From Octopus vulgaris (lineage: Eukaryota): DNA of 64,000 nt. The position numbers and the translations under genes were made by a program. Shown in pieces: positions 27,402-40,582 of this stretch. The first letter of the stretch is position 1; every line of letters begins with the position of its first letter. The stretch covers positions 96,100,001 through 96,164,000 of the forward strand of contig OX597822.1 of the NCBI GenBank assembly GCA_951406725.2, written 5' to 3'. The notes under the pieces were generated by a model. It made no database searches. It was not told the origin of the DNA and saw nothing but the letters and a program-made list of their open reading frames with translations.

Positions 27402-27950
27402 CAGATAGATAGATAGATAAAAATGATATAACATTAGAAAGGAAAAGAAATCTTAGCAGGAGAGGTTCTGATTTACAAAAAATGGTTACTAGTTCAAAGG
27501 TAAGTTGATGGTAATTATTGGTGATAGTGATAGATAAAATCAAATGAAAAACATCAATCAACTAAAGATGGAAAATACAAAGTAGAGAATTGGGAATATC
27601 GTTAAGAATATTAAAGAAAGAAATAAAGAAATTGGAATAAAAATATGAAAGAAACATCGAAAATGTTGGAAAAGGCAACTATTGAAAAAATATTGAAAAA
27701 TGTTTAAGATAGTGAGAAATTATAAAATTATGAAGAAAAAAAACAGAAGAGTAAAAGACAAAAATAAGAAAGAAAAAGGGGAGGGAAATAGAAGATGTGG
27801 GAATTAAGAACTAAAAAAAAATTATATCCCGCAAGATGAATTAGTGAACAGATAATTAACTGGGTAAATAAATAATGATGGCAATGGTGACGACAAACTA
27901 GGTGAGTAGAAAGAGGTAAATAAACAAACGAAGGAGATAAAAACTATTTA
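26700..27950 (-). mobile_element. Probable decayed Penelope-like 3' non-coding region with (TAGA)n
   Basis: Pyrimidine-rich minus strand ending in a decayed hammerhead-like motif (CTGAACA...GAAACTCAGAG) and AATAAA. Confidence 0.35.
27195..27419. repeat. (TAGA)n microsatellite
   Basis: Directly visible. Confidence 0.95.
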
Positions 27951-28080
27951 AAAACTGAAAGCTGCAATATTAACGGTAATTGAATGATAATAATAATCCT
28001 TCTTTCTACCTTAGCACATGGCCTGAAGTTTGTTAGGAGGGAATAATAATATTAATAAAAATAATAATTATTATTATTAT

Positions 28081-28636
28081 TGAGTGAGCGAGCAGAGCAT
28101 GCCATCAAAGTGACACTGGGGTAAAATATACGAAGCCCAGTATACCCATCATGACTACCCGTCTGATAAAGGTACACCAGGCACATGCATCACAACCATA
28201 TGTGCGCGACATGGTGATCTCATATCAAGATAAACAGCACATGACCTTGCAGGTGGAGCCCAGTTAGAATTTTCTTCAGATCGAGTAACCCATCCCGCTC
28301 AAAAGGTCCCTGAATAAGGGTTGTTTAAGGACGTTGAACGAAACACCCATGTTTCCAGAGGTGAATTATTCAAACCCCAAAGAATCCTTCTCAACACATG
28401 GCTATGATGCTCCCCCACTACTTCTGCTCGTGATCAGAGATGCACATATCGTCAGCCACTAAGGGACATGCTCAACTGGTTAAGGTCAAACAACTGACAA
28501 GCAAATCTGTGGCATTGAGCAGATTATTTGATGTAGCCCATCTTTTATACCAAGACAAAACAATGTACATGATAACACTTCCAATCAATTAAGATCAGAA
28601 GCCATGAGAGCCACTGCCTGGTACTGCATCAGGGCA
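28081..28636 (-). mobile_element. ~555-bp retroposon embedded in (TAA)n (R4/Dong-like 3' end or a derived SINE)
   Basis: Near-identical to 57275-57827 and 58012-58388; ends ...CTCACTC(AAT)n; flanked by TAA repeats on both sides. Confidence 0.65.
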
Positions 28637-28891
28637 TATTATTATTATTGTTCTTATTATTATTATCATTATTATTATTATTATCATTATTTCAAACTTT
28701 TGCCACAAGGACAGCTTGGGGGAGGTGAGAATGAGTCGATTACATCGGCCTCAGTGTTCAGCTGGTACTTATATTATCGAGCCCGAAAGGGTGAAAGGCA
28801 AAGTTGACTTCGGCGGAATTTGAACTCAGAACGGGCGGAAATACTGCTAAATATTTCATCCAGTGCGCTAACGATTCTGCCAGCTCGCCGC

Positions 28892-28928
<37 letters not shown>

Positions 28929-28930
28929 GC

Positions 28931-28970
<40 letters not shown>

Positions 28971-30689
28971 TAGTTTCTGTTAGAATTTTTTGAAATTTTT
29001 TTTAAAATATAGATTAAACAGTAAATATATTTAAAATGTTAAATTAGCAATGCATATTCTACATATTCCACTTTATGCCGCTATTCGAATGCGAATATCT
29101 CTATAAAACAATGACTAGACAGGTGGACTAGATCGGTAAATGGCAAAAGTAGAAATAAAAGTGTGAAAATAATGTCTTTCCCAGTAGATTGCGATTATTC
29201 TTGACGTAGACCAGATTAAACAGACGAGTACCAAAATGACTGGAAGTTGTACGATCCTTAAACCTTTACTGAGCTTGAGCGATGCTACCCACCAGCATTC
29301 CAAAAAATACAAGAAACACACACACACACACACATATAATATTTATTTCTTTATTACCCATAAGGGGCTAAACATAGAGGAGACAAACAAGAACAGACAA
29401 CGACCCCAGTGCGTAACTGGTACTTAATTTATCGACCCCAAAAGGATGAAAGGCAAAGTCGACCTCGGCGGAATTTGAACTCACAACGTAACGGCAGACG
29501 AAATACCGCTAAGGATTTCGCCCGGCGTGCTAATGATTCTGCCAGCTCGCCAATATTATATGGGTAGTAACCGTATAAAGTACATTTCAAAACTCCTCTA
29601 AGGTTATCAGCTACCATATACCATCATACAGCAGAAAATCTCCTTTTACTGAATTTACATGTGAAAATCCGTTATTGTACACAGAATTCATTAAAAAATT
29701 TATAAAACAAGAAGATGAAATGAACAGGATTTAAACAAAGATCACTGCTCTGTTAAAGCCACTCACCTGATGGCGTGCGAGTACAAAGTTATACTGGATC
29801 ATTTTATATATTTATATAATAAAATGTATAATAGTAAAACTCAATAACTAACAGCTGTTATTAGTGCACAGAAACAATTGTTGTGATTTGTGATTAAATC
29901 CTATTCATTCATTGTTATTGTTTTATAATATATGTATGTCACTGAAATATTTCTATCTTTACTACCCACAAGGGGCTAAACACAGAGGGGACAAACAAGG
30001 ACAGACAAAGGGATTATTAAGTCGATTGCATTGACCCCAGTGCGTAACTGGTACTTAATTTAACGACCCCGAAAGGATGAAAGGCAAAGTCGACCTCAGC
30101 GGAATTTGAACTCGGAACGTAACGACAGACGAAATACGGCTACGCATTTCGCCCGGCGTGCTAACGGTTCTGCCAGCTAGCCGCCTGAAATATTTACCGA
30201 TGTATCACCTGGAAAATATTCGGCAATGTATTACCCGAACAAATGACATTTTGTTGAAATAGCTTACAGAGCGTGACCTATTAAGTTGCGCAATTTTACT
30301 TGTAACAAGCTACGGAGAAAGGTGTGGGTGGTCACTATTCATTAGTACAAACGGGATTAAACAACTAAAAAGTGCATTAGGTGAGCCGACTACGTACTAC
30401 ATTAAGTATTTAAATGCATCATATGACATTATTTCATTTCTAGAAATAAATCTTTCGAAAATCACAATATCTGTTTCCTGTGATGCCTGCTAGTGCATGT
30501 ATAATATATATATATATGCATGTATGTATGTATATATATATATATATATATACATACATACATGCATATATATATATACATACATACATACATGCATATA
30601 TATATATATATATGCATGTATGTATGTATATATATATATATATGCATGTATGTATGTATATATATATATATATATACATACATACATGC

Positions 30690-30729
<40 letters not shown>

Positions 30730-30735
30730 CATACA

Positions 30736-30779
<44 letters not shown>

Positions 30780-33527
30780 TGTATGTATGTATATCTTTCA
30801 TCCTTTTATGTATATCGATAAAACATGCACCAGTCGAGCAGTGGGGTCAATGTGATGGACTAGCTCCCTCCCAGAGAATCTCAAGCCTTATGCTTATTAT
30901 GGTTTATAGAATTATTTCACGTTGTCGACTGGTATTGAATGGCAAGACCAACCTCGGCGGAATTCAAACTCAGAACGCAAGCTGGAAGAAATGTATGTCA
31001 GGCATACAAACGATTCTGTCAGGTGGTTTCAAGTTTTGGCCCCAAAGACAACAATTTTATAGAAGGGAGTAAGTCGATTACGTCGACGCAATGTTCGAAG
31101 GGAACTTATTTTATTGACCACAAAGGCGGTGAGATGGCAGAAACGTTAGCACGCCGGGCGAAATGCGTAGCTGTATTTCGTCTGTCGTCACGTTCTGAGT
31201 TCAAATTCCGCCGAGGTCGACTTTGCCTTTCATCCTTTCGGGGTCGATAAATTAAGTACCAGTTACGCACTGGATTCGATGTAATCGACTTAATCCATTT
31301 GTCTGTCCTTGTTTGTCCCCTCTGTGTTTAGCCCCTTGTGGGTAGTAAAGAAATATATTTTATTGACCACAAAGGATAAAAAAAAAGTCGTCGACCATGA
31401 TAGAATTTGAACACAGAATGTAAAGAAAGAAATGAAGTTTTTCAACCGGCAAACTAACGATTCTGCCCATTGCTACCATAACGTTTAAATGAAACCGCTC
31501 AATGATTCGTCCATTGGAAATACTCTGACGATATTTCATATTGTATTTATTGTTATTATATAGAAATTTTTCTCTTCCTTTTCTCATCAGACTTCGTTAC
31601 AGTATTGTAATTATCTATTTCTATATATTACGTTTTCTCTCATTTCTTTTTTACAGTACATTATTGAAATTTGCAACACAAAAGCATGTATAGAAGGACA
31701 TAGTGGCACTACATCATATTCTATCTATAGCTATTATATAGTTTTCATATATATTTTCTGTCAGCCTTAGTGTATTATATTTTCGTTCAAATTCGTATAG
31801 TATCGATTATCTACCATGCATTATCACAAATGAATATAAACCTTTCTCACTCCACAGTTTCAATACCCTCACAAATCTTTTAGTCGGTCAATTTGTAAGT
31901 TGGATAATCAAAGAATAATTATCGGGATTCTGAACTTTTTCTTTGAAGCACAGGAGACAGCTGAGCCATTAGTTTATATTCAATTTGCTTCCAAAAAATC
32001 CAATTCAGACAAGGATGATTATTTTGATAATAACTCGCATTTTAAATGATACTTTCATATTTCTTGAAGACCATAGAGGACAGCTTTATGGTTCCAGAAT
32101 CACGAAGCTTTAAACGAGATACTGTAGAATTATATTGCCAAACGCTTATACTGTCAACCCTAAGTCCCAGCCTCTTTCAAGACGTCAACACTATCTATTA
32201 ACTTTATTAACTATTACTTCCAAGCAATATTTCCAATGTAGTCCTGTATGACAAGTCTTAATCGCCGTTCTTATATATGTGTATAAATGTCATTTTTCTA
32301 TTATGAACAAGGACAAATGTCTATGGTTTCATATAACCTGCGGCAATACATCATTTGAAAAGAGAAATATGCGATCATCTAGAATTTCTAAAAGTCTGCC
32401 ATGGACGATATTTCTTATCAACGCAGAAGTTAATAAAATTCATGAGTAAATACTAAGAAGAATCCTTAACTAGTTCAGTGCATGATATAATGCAACAAGA
32501 AGGTTTCATGTCACCTACTCGATTATCTACACAATTTCATCAGCTGAAGTGATATTACCAATGTCCTCATTCACAAATATATAAATTCATTGTGGTTAAT
32601 CAATTAAGGAGTCATTAGCACCTGCATACCCACGTTCGACTCATCGGATTAAATATCATTTCTTGTCACTTCGGCGCTCATCCTCCTACCTACCCGTATT
32701 CTAACAAAAAAGGTTCCATTGTCAAGGACTGATATCAATTTTTCTTCAAAGTGACTCTAGTGACACTATCTCATGTGCAGGTTTATGTTGTAAGTTAGCC
32801 TACTGTATTGTTCCGTTTTGTTTTCAACACCAGAAATGCGACCCCGTAAGCCGTAGTCCAACTGACAGAAGAGATATCGCTTCACAACCCATTGTACTTG
32901 CCTCCAATAAATCCTTTGAGAGCATAAGAAAAAAACCTTGTGTATTAGATATACAGAAATATTTCACCCTCCTCTTTGCTCAGGCAGGAAGACATTTTCT
33001 GTGGTCATATAACCCTGCTATGTAACTCTTTTCCGTTAGACCACTCATGTCCATTGTCTCTTAGTTCTTAATAAACGAAAGAACAGTAGATAATCTAGAT
33101 CTGGTGCTGCTTTATAGAAAACTTTCGCTGATAAAACATTTTTTTTTTATTTCTTACGTTTTGCAAAATGTATTATTGTTCTTCTTAACGGTATTGTACA
33201 AATTTTCAAACTTTTAACATATTATCCTTTATTTGTAAATTCATGAAAGATAATTTGTGTATTTTATTTATTATTTTGTTTGTTTATTCTCTGTATTATT
33301 AAATTCGTTTTTTGCATTAATTTGGTCTAGGTTCCTCGAACGAGAAACCATCATGAGCATAATATAAATAGAATGAGAAAAATCGAAATAACGCCCCAAA
33401 CGACAGAGATTATTATCCCTACCAAACTATGAAGCAGATATCTAATGTGTTCAAGGGAAGAGGTATTCTCTATTGAAAATTATTTAAATAGAAATCTGTT
33501 ATAGTTGGTAAAAATCCATAATTCCAT

Positions 33528-33890
33528 AGGCGCAGGAGTGGATGTGTGGTAAGTAGCTTGCTAACCAACCACATGGTTCCGGGTTCAGTCCCACTGCGTG
33601 GCATCTTGAGCAAGTGTCTTCTGCTATAGCCCCGGGCCGACCAATGCCTTGTGAGTGGATTTGGTAGACGGAGATTATTATGTTGTGATGTGTTTGTCCC
33701 CCTAGCATTGCTTGATAACCGATGCTGGTGTGTTTACGTCCCCGTCATCTAGCGGTTCGGCAAAAGAGACCGATAGAATAAGTACTGGGCTTACGAAGAA
33801 TAAGTCCCGGGGTCGATTTGCTCGACTAAAAGGCGGTGCTCCAGCATGACTGCAGTCAAATGACTGAAACAAGTAAAAGAGTAAAAGAGA
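33528..33890 (+). mobile_element. SINE family B, internally deleted
   Basis: Head and tail match; the central microsatellite is missing. Confidence 0.85.
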
Positions 33891-34500
33891 GAGAGAAAGA
33901 GTAATTCCTGGAGTGAAGTGCTGTAATCAGATGTGCATTCACCTCGCACTAGGAATTCACTTCGCAGTCACATAGTTTTGGGTGTAGTCACGTAGTTTTG
34001 GGCGAGTATCTTTTGCTATAGGCGAAAGACACATCGACGCTCTAACGACCCACCAATCTACCACACCACAGACTGAGTAGCAATAGATGTAACCCCATGC
34101 TCTGAAACATATCTATTATCATCGATGAAATAATCAAATATTATGGTCATGCTGAAGCAGTAAGCTATATGTTCTAGTCTTTAGAAACTATAACAACTTC
34201 CACTGTAATTCATATTACCCTGGTCTTTAGAAAGCACCTAGAACCGTAAGATAAATACTCTAGACAAAGGGTAGAATTAGCCATGTTATGTACAGTTATC
34301 ATCTATTTTAGAAATACAAATTCCAAATCTTAATTTTTCGATAAAAAAACATTGACAACGTAATACTGATGTTGTGTTTGTATATTCTTCAGAATTATGT
34401 TGTTGAGTGTTGTTCACTCTATGAAATATTTCAGTATTATATATCATTTAAAGATTAGACTCTTGTTAATTTCCAAACCATTTATGAAAAATATATAGGA

Positions 34501-34884
34501 GGAAGCACTCCGTCGGTTACGATGATGAGGGTTCCGGTTGATCCGAATCAACGGAACAGCCTGCTCGTGAAATTAACGTGTAAGTGACTGAGCACTCCAC
34601 AGACACGTGCACCCTTAACGTAGTTCTCGGGGATATTCAGCGTGACACAGAGAGTGACAAGGCCGGCCCCTTGAAATACAGGTACAACAGAAACAGGAAG
34701 TAAGAGTGAGAGAAAGTTGTGGTGAAAGAGTACAGCAAGGATCACCACCATCCCCTGCCGGAGCCTCGTGGAGCTTTTAGGTGTTTTCGCTCAATAAACA
34801 CTCACAACGCCCGGTCTGGGAATCGAAACCGCGATCCTATGACCGCGAGTCCGCTGCCCTAACCACTGGGCCATTGCGCCTCCA
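34501..34884 (-). mobile_element. SINE family A, full length
   Basis: TSD TTATGAAAAATATAT. Confidence 0.9.
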
Positions 34885-36885
34885 CTTATGAAAAATATAT
34901 TTGGGTGATCTTTACTTCAGGGGCAACTTTGACTCATCTCTCGTTAGCTTTTACAATATTTCCACTACCTATCGAGAAAAGAGAATGGGATATCTCATGA
35001 TGATTATTTGTAGAAAAGTATTTTGAATAAGGAAGGGTGAAAACTGAAGTCCTTGGTTATGAACGGGCCATTTTATCGTCAACAAGGGTACACATTCTCA
35101 GATTTCCTTTATGACATAAAAATAATCAACAGCGAATCTCCAAAAAAAATATTATTTGAGAGCTAACTAAATAAGAATTTGCACATGCACAAAAGGTCGT
35201 AAACACTTGGCATGTCTATTTTTACATGCCAAAAAATTGTCATATTTTACGGCAGGATTTGAACATAGAAGGCAGACGCTTAAAAGAAATACTTCAAGAC
35301 ATACATCTTAATAGTTCTGTCACTCAACAGACCACAGTAGAATTTTGGATGCAATATCGATTGGGATTAGGAACAGAATGCTTTTCATATTTCTCTATTA
35401 TACTGAAGACAGTCATAAATATTTACCACTTTTCATTTCATTCATTTGGAAGCTTCATTCATATGGAAAAAATCTTTATTTCATTTTTCATTCCAAGAAC
35501 TATTGTCTTATTCTATCTGGAAGCGAAACCCGTCATTCAAAAATTTATTGCAAAAGACGATGGAATCAGGAAGACTTGCGTTTAAATCAAGAATATGATA
35601 AAATTACGACAGAAAATACTTCTCCGAAGAAGGAAAAACAGCTTTGCTTTTATATTTGGGCAACGAATTTATTTTGTTATGGATATAATGAAAAAAGCAA
35701 AAATGCAATTACAAACTGACTATGCAAAACGTACGATCAGAAGAGTTGGAAAATAATCATCATAAAATAGTTTCGTACTTTGACACAGGGCCAGCAGATT
35801 TTGAGGGAAGGGGGAAATCGATTCCGTCGACCCTAGTATTTGACTGGTACTTATTTCATCGGCACCGAAAGCATGAAAGCCAAGTCGACCTCGACGGAAT
35901 TTGAGTTTAGAACGTAAAGACGGACAAAATGCTGTTGCAATTTTTTCCAGGTGTGCTAACTCATTTCTAATTTGGTTACAAGGCCAGCAATGTTGAAAGG
36001 AGGGGATTATGCGATTACATCGCCCAACCCCCGCCATAATACTTGGCCTATACTTTCAGGCGGACGAGGGGTAAAGGAAATCGCGACAGAGCATGAACTC
36101 AGAAATTTTTTTAAATATTGCATGACGTTTTCTTTGACAATAAAAGAATTCTTCCAATCCAATGCGTAAATAATAACATACATATGTGTATGCATACATG
36201 TACGTTTGCATGTATATATGTATATATATACATGCAGCTATTTAGGTATGCAAGTGTGTGTGTGTGTGTGGAAGAAACACAGAAGACGTGGTGTTGACGA
36301 AGTGTGTGGAATACATTGAGTTGTGTAGCAGGGCCTATCGGCTTATGTAATAACAAAAGTTATCTAACCCAATGCTGCCCAAAGTGGTGGTCAGCGGACT
36401 GATGCAGGTCCGCGAGCCATCAGCTGCTAGTACGCGGCGAGTTTCCAGGAAAGTAAGAACCATTATTAAATGCTTATAAAATGCTTATGTGATATTGTAT
36501 TATTTGGCTACAAAAGAGATTTTAAAAATCGTCAACTTTTATTATATTAATTATATATATATTATTTCTGCTATAAATTAAGATTACTAAGAAACATTAC
36601 CGGTTCAGTTACTTCGGTCAATTCAGGGTCAACAGCCATATAAATCGAAGTTAAACTACGTCAGACTTAGGGCGGAGGTTTAGAACTTACTAACCTTACT
36701 AAAAACATTTGGTAACATGTCACACCTTCCAGTGCACATTTCAAATTACATGTGAGTGTCTATGAATATTTGTATGTATAAACATGTGCGCTGATGTATG
36801 TGTGTGTCTTGTGCGAAGAATATATTCGATTAAGTGGCGAGAAAGAACAATAAAGAAGAAAGAAATTTTGTAGAAACGTTTCTTT

Positions 36886-37317
36886 TTCTCCTGGGGCTAC
36901 AAGCTACAGTAACACCCACCCTTAGTGGTTAGCCATATTGAGATGGCAAGTATACCTCACATTGTCGTGCAGTTACTGTTTATACCTCGTTCAGAGATTT
37001 ATTATTGCTTGCATACAGTTTTTCGAGATCAGTGACGAAAAGTTACTGGAAAAACGATAACAGTATTTGCATTGGGACATCCCTTCATCGAAAACCGGTG
37101 GTTGTCGTACGCCGACGACAGGTCAATACCTAGAAACTGCAGTCCGTGCGTATCACTTAGGTTGACGAGGGAGGGATGACCTCCCTTTGCAAATACCATA
37201 AGGGCACAGATAGTGTGCCTAAAGCCAGCTGGAGACGATGTTCTCCTGGGGCTACAAGCTACGGTAACACCCACCCTTAGTGGTTAGCCATATTGAGATG
37301 GCAAGTATACCTCACAT
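36886..37317 (+). mobile_element. Unclassified structured element with 77-bp terminal direct repeats and a 9-bp TSD
   Basis: Direct repeats at 36886-36962 and 37241-37317 (1 mismatch). CGTTTCTTT flanks both ends (36877-36885, 37318-37326). The element is absent from the paralogous site at ~20200-20250. No TG...CA ends, no poly(A). Confidence 0.75.
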
Positions 37318-37859
37318 CGTTTCTTTTATATTTCCTTTTCTAATCACATTGAATTGAGGTCTTTTTTCTTAAAACGTTTCTTCCTCATGAAGGTTATCCG
37401 AGTTTTCAGTGTCATCAAGGGTAATTAAAGGAGAGTCCTCGCGATTGCTGCTCGTACGATCCGAACAAGCGTTTGATGGGTCGCAATTCAAGTTAGAATC
37501 GCCATCTAGTGGTGGGTAGTGTTCGTTTGACTCAGTAATTTCTGGAAGTATCAGTGGTTTGTAAATCGCTTCCTGTACTGTTTCTTTGCTTTCGTTCGTC
37601 GAAGAACAAACGTCAGCAGAAAGGTCTTCAATCTCCTCTAAGTTTTTATTATTAATGGCGTCGAGTGAAGAAGGTGTGAAAGAACAAGTTGGAGTGGGTA
37701 AATCTGACTCGGAAATGCTCTGTATTTCAGGTGCGACACGTTCGTTGATTCAGCAGTTGCAGCTTTAATGGTTTCTGCTACTTCTGCTGATGCCACCTTT
37801 GCTGCTGCTGCTGCTGTTTCAGCTGACGCTACTGATGCTGTCGCCGTGACAGCATCCTC

Positions 37860-38364
37860 CTCCTCCTCCTCCTCCCTCCTCCTCCTTCTTTTTCTTCTTC
37901 TTCTTACAATCAGGACTCACGCCATTAGCCACAAACAATAATCTCTAATTCGAGCCTACCCTAATCTACTAAGAATGAATGTGGCAACTTGAAGATCCAC
38001 CCCACCACTTGAAGATCCACTGGCAGTTGCACGGGCGCGAAAGCTACGTTGTTATCATCATTCAGTAAACGGTGGCTTTTAACGGGTGGAGAGGATTCAC
38101 AATCTAGACTAGGGTCTGAAAGTCTACCACACCATAATGGGTTACACCATAGTTCCTCTCCTTTGAGTCAGAAACAGGAAGAAAGAGTGAAAGAAAGTTG
38201 TGGTGAAAGAGTACAGCGGGAATTGCCACCCTCCCCCCGCCGGGGCCTTATGGAGCTTAGGTGTTTTTGCTCAATAAACGCTCATAATGCCCGGTCTGGG
38301 AATCGAAACCGCGTTCTTACGACCGCGAGTCCGCTGCCCTAACCACTGGGTCATTGCGCCTCCA
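37860..38364 (-). mobile_element. SINE family A variant inserted in the SDR pseudo-exon
   Basis: Family A head at 38364, a distinct tail and a (GAA)n(GGA)n end. Confidence 0.7.
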
Positions 38365-38703
38365 CACTGCTGTGGCTGCTGCTTCTACCAATGATTCTTC
38401 TTCTACTACTTTTGTTGGTAATGATGATTCACTTGGAGCTTTAGATGTATGCCAACAACTATTTTCTGAATCTGTTTTCGTTTCAGTTTTGGACGACGAA
38501 AATCCCTTATCGGCATCTTCTTTCTTTTGTACATTGTCTTTCTGCAAAGCTCCCATATCTATCTTCGCTACATCTTCAGGTAAATCTAAATAATCTTTGG
38601 AAACTAAGAAACTAATTTCCCGCATTTTCTCACTTACTCTTTGTCAAGAGCTAAATTAAACAAACTTTTTGTTTGTATGCTAACGTTTTCGAAATAATCT
38701 CGT

Positions 38704-38820
38704 TTAACCCTAACCCTAAGATAGATTGAAATGCAATAGATCGATACTAGGTTCATAAATATGGGTGACAATTTCATATGACACCGCTAGAAAAAACTGC
38801 CGTTCAAACCGAAAAGATCC
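38704..38820 (-). mobile_element. Truncated MITE end (family of 4746-5173) inside the SDR pseudo-exon
   Basis: (TAACCC)2 through one TIR ...GAAAAGATCC. Confidence 0.8.
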
Positions 38821-39291
38821 GAATAACGAGACTTAAATATAAGAAATTCACAACCAAGTATAACATCAGCTGCCCAAACAGATATCAGTATGGTTTCGAC
38901 ACCTGGGAAGTACCACTCAATCCGGCAGTGTCCACCGCGTTAGAAATATAAACACGACTTGGGAATCCTCCAGCTTTTTACCACAAGAAACAATTTAAGA
39001 TTAAATAAATAGACAAACTTTTTGTTAGTATGCTAACGTTTTCGAAATACTCTCCAGTTACTTCGGCCAATTCGGGTTCGATAGCCATATAAACCAAAGT
39101 TTTTTCTGCATCTTCTGGTGAACGACCTAACCAAACAGACAGACGACGGATTATAATGTTGACATTACGCTTAACTGGATTCTTCACATTTATGTTATTT
39201 ACGTTTGTTCCTGTAAGACCCGGATGCATGACGTTGATGGTGACTTTCGTCTCAGTAAGTTCTTGACTGAGGAATCGACTATGGTAGATAT

Positions 39292-39524
39292 AAGGCGGCG
39301 AGCTGGCAGAAACGTTAGCACGCCGGGAGAAATGCGTAGCCGTATTTCGTCTGGCGTTACGTTCTGGGTTCAAATTTCGCCGAGGTCGACTTTGCCTTTC
39401 ATCCTTTCGGGGTCGATTAAATAAGTACCAGTTACGCACTGGGGTCGATATAATCGATTTAATCCGTTTATCTGTCCTTGTTTGTCCCCTCTGTGTTTAG
39501 CCCCTTGTGGGTAGTAAAGAAATA
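39292..39524 (+). mobile_element. SINE family C inserted in the SDR pseudo-exon
   Basis: 12-bp TSD TATGGTAGATAT (39280-39291 and 39525-39536). Confidence 0.9.
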
Positions 39525-39829
39525 TATGGTAGATATTTGCTAATTTACTCACGACGTAACCCTCAAGTTTGCTGTATTTTACATTTGAGCCTTCTCCGTG
39601 AAGGGTGAAATCCAGCGGACCGCGAACTAATTCATGCAACTTAGAACTAACATTTATAATGCAACTAGGAGCAGATATTTTCATAAGATCGAGCAATAAA
39701 TGAGTTAGAATGAAATGGTCGAAGTGGTTAGTTGCGAAAGTCAAGTTGAAACCTTGGTTTGGAACATTTCCTATCAGTGAATCCAATTCCTGCAACATCA
39801 AGCTTGAGAAATATTTAAAAAAGAAAAAT

Positions 39830-40058
39830 TCCAAAAACAGCCATGGGCTGGATGCCGCAGGAAGGTAAAGGGGTGGGAAAGAGTCTGGCCAAGGAAGACA
39901 TAGCGTAGTACCTTCAAAAAAGACCTACACAGACTGAACATCACCTGGGAAGAAGCATACCGGTAGGCCAGTGACGGAGATAATTGTCGATTACTGATTG
40001 CCCGATGTGCCGTTCAAAGGTACCAACGGACCTAAGAAGAAGAAGAAGAAGAAGAAGA
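39830..40058 (+). mobile_element. RTE-type LINE 3' end with (GAA)n tail
   Basis: Remnant of W.P..GK..R..PRKT...DL....TWEEA...A.D, then a stop and (AAG)n. Confidence 0.6.
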
Positions 40059-40540
40059 TACACAATACACGCACGTAAATGTGCATACACATACACTCAC
40101 AGACGTGGCTGTGTGGTAAGAAGCTTGCTTACCAGCCACATGGTTCCGGGTTAAGTCCCACTGCGTGGCACCTTGGGCGAGTATCTTCTACTATAGCTTC
40201 GGGACTACCAAAGCCTTGTGAGTGGATTTGGTAGACAGAATCTGAAGAAGCCCATCGTATGTGTGTGTGTGTGTGTTTGTCACTCCACCATGGCCGCAGT
40301 TAAATGACTGAAATAAATATATATACATATATATGTATGTATACATACTTACATATATGTATACATACATATATATACATATATGTATATATATATATAT
40401 ATGTATACATATATGCATACATATGTATAGTCTGCATATGTATATGTATATATACATATATATATATATAAAACTTAGATAAAACTTAGATATGTTTCGA
40501 CCAGAGATTGGTCCAGGCCATGTCTAACTTAATACCACCA

Positions 40541-40582
<42 letters not shown>

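Larger units (their letters stand above)
37369..39803 (-). pseudogene. Disrupted paralogous copy of the SDR terminal exon
   Basis: Colinear with 20259-21621 (FATNHFDHFILTHLLLDLMK, GYVVSKLAN, MHPG, TGEYFENV, same stop context). The acceptor AG is altered and LINN is deleted. It has frameshifts and three insertions (37860-38364, 38696-39010, 39292-39524). Confidence 0.88.

Noticed and set aside
29761-29802. Minus-strand ATG...CAG|GTGAGT mini-exon candidate (MIQYNFVLARHQ)
   Set aside because: It is phase 0, incompatible with direct splicing to the phase-2 acceptor, and has no SDR similarity.
31780-33120. Possible decayed LINE on the minus strand (also 6680-6990, 7840-8240, 45540-45990)
   Set aside because: Only faint RT-like remnants; family and boundaries cannot be supported by eye.
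36988-37003. GTTCAGAGAT resembling the group I intron R element
   Set aside because: No matching S element or P7 partner was found.
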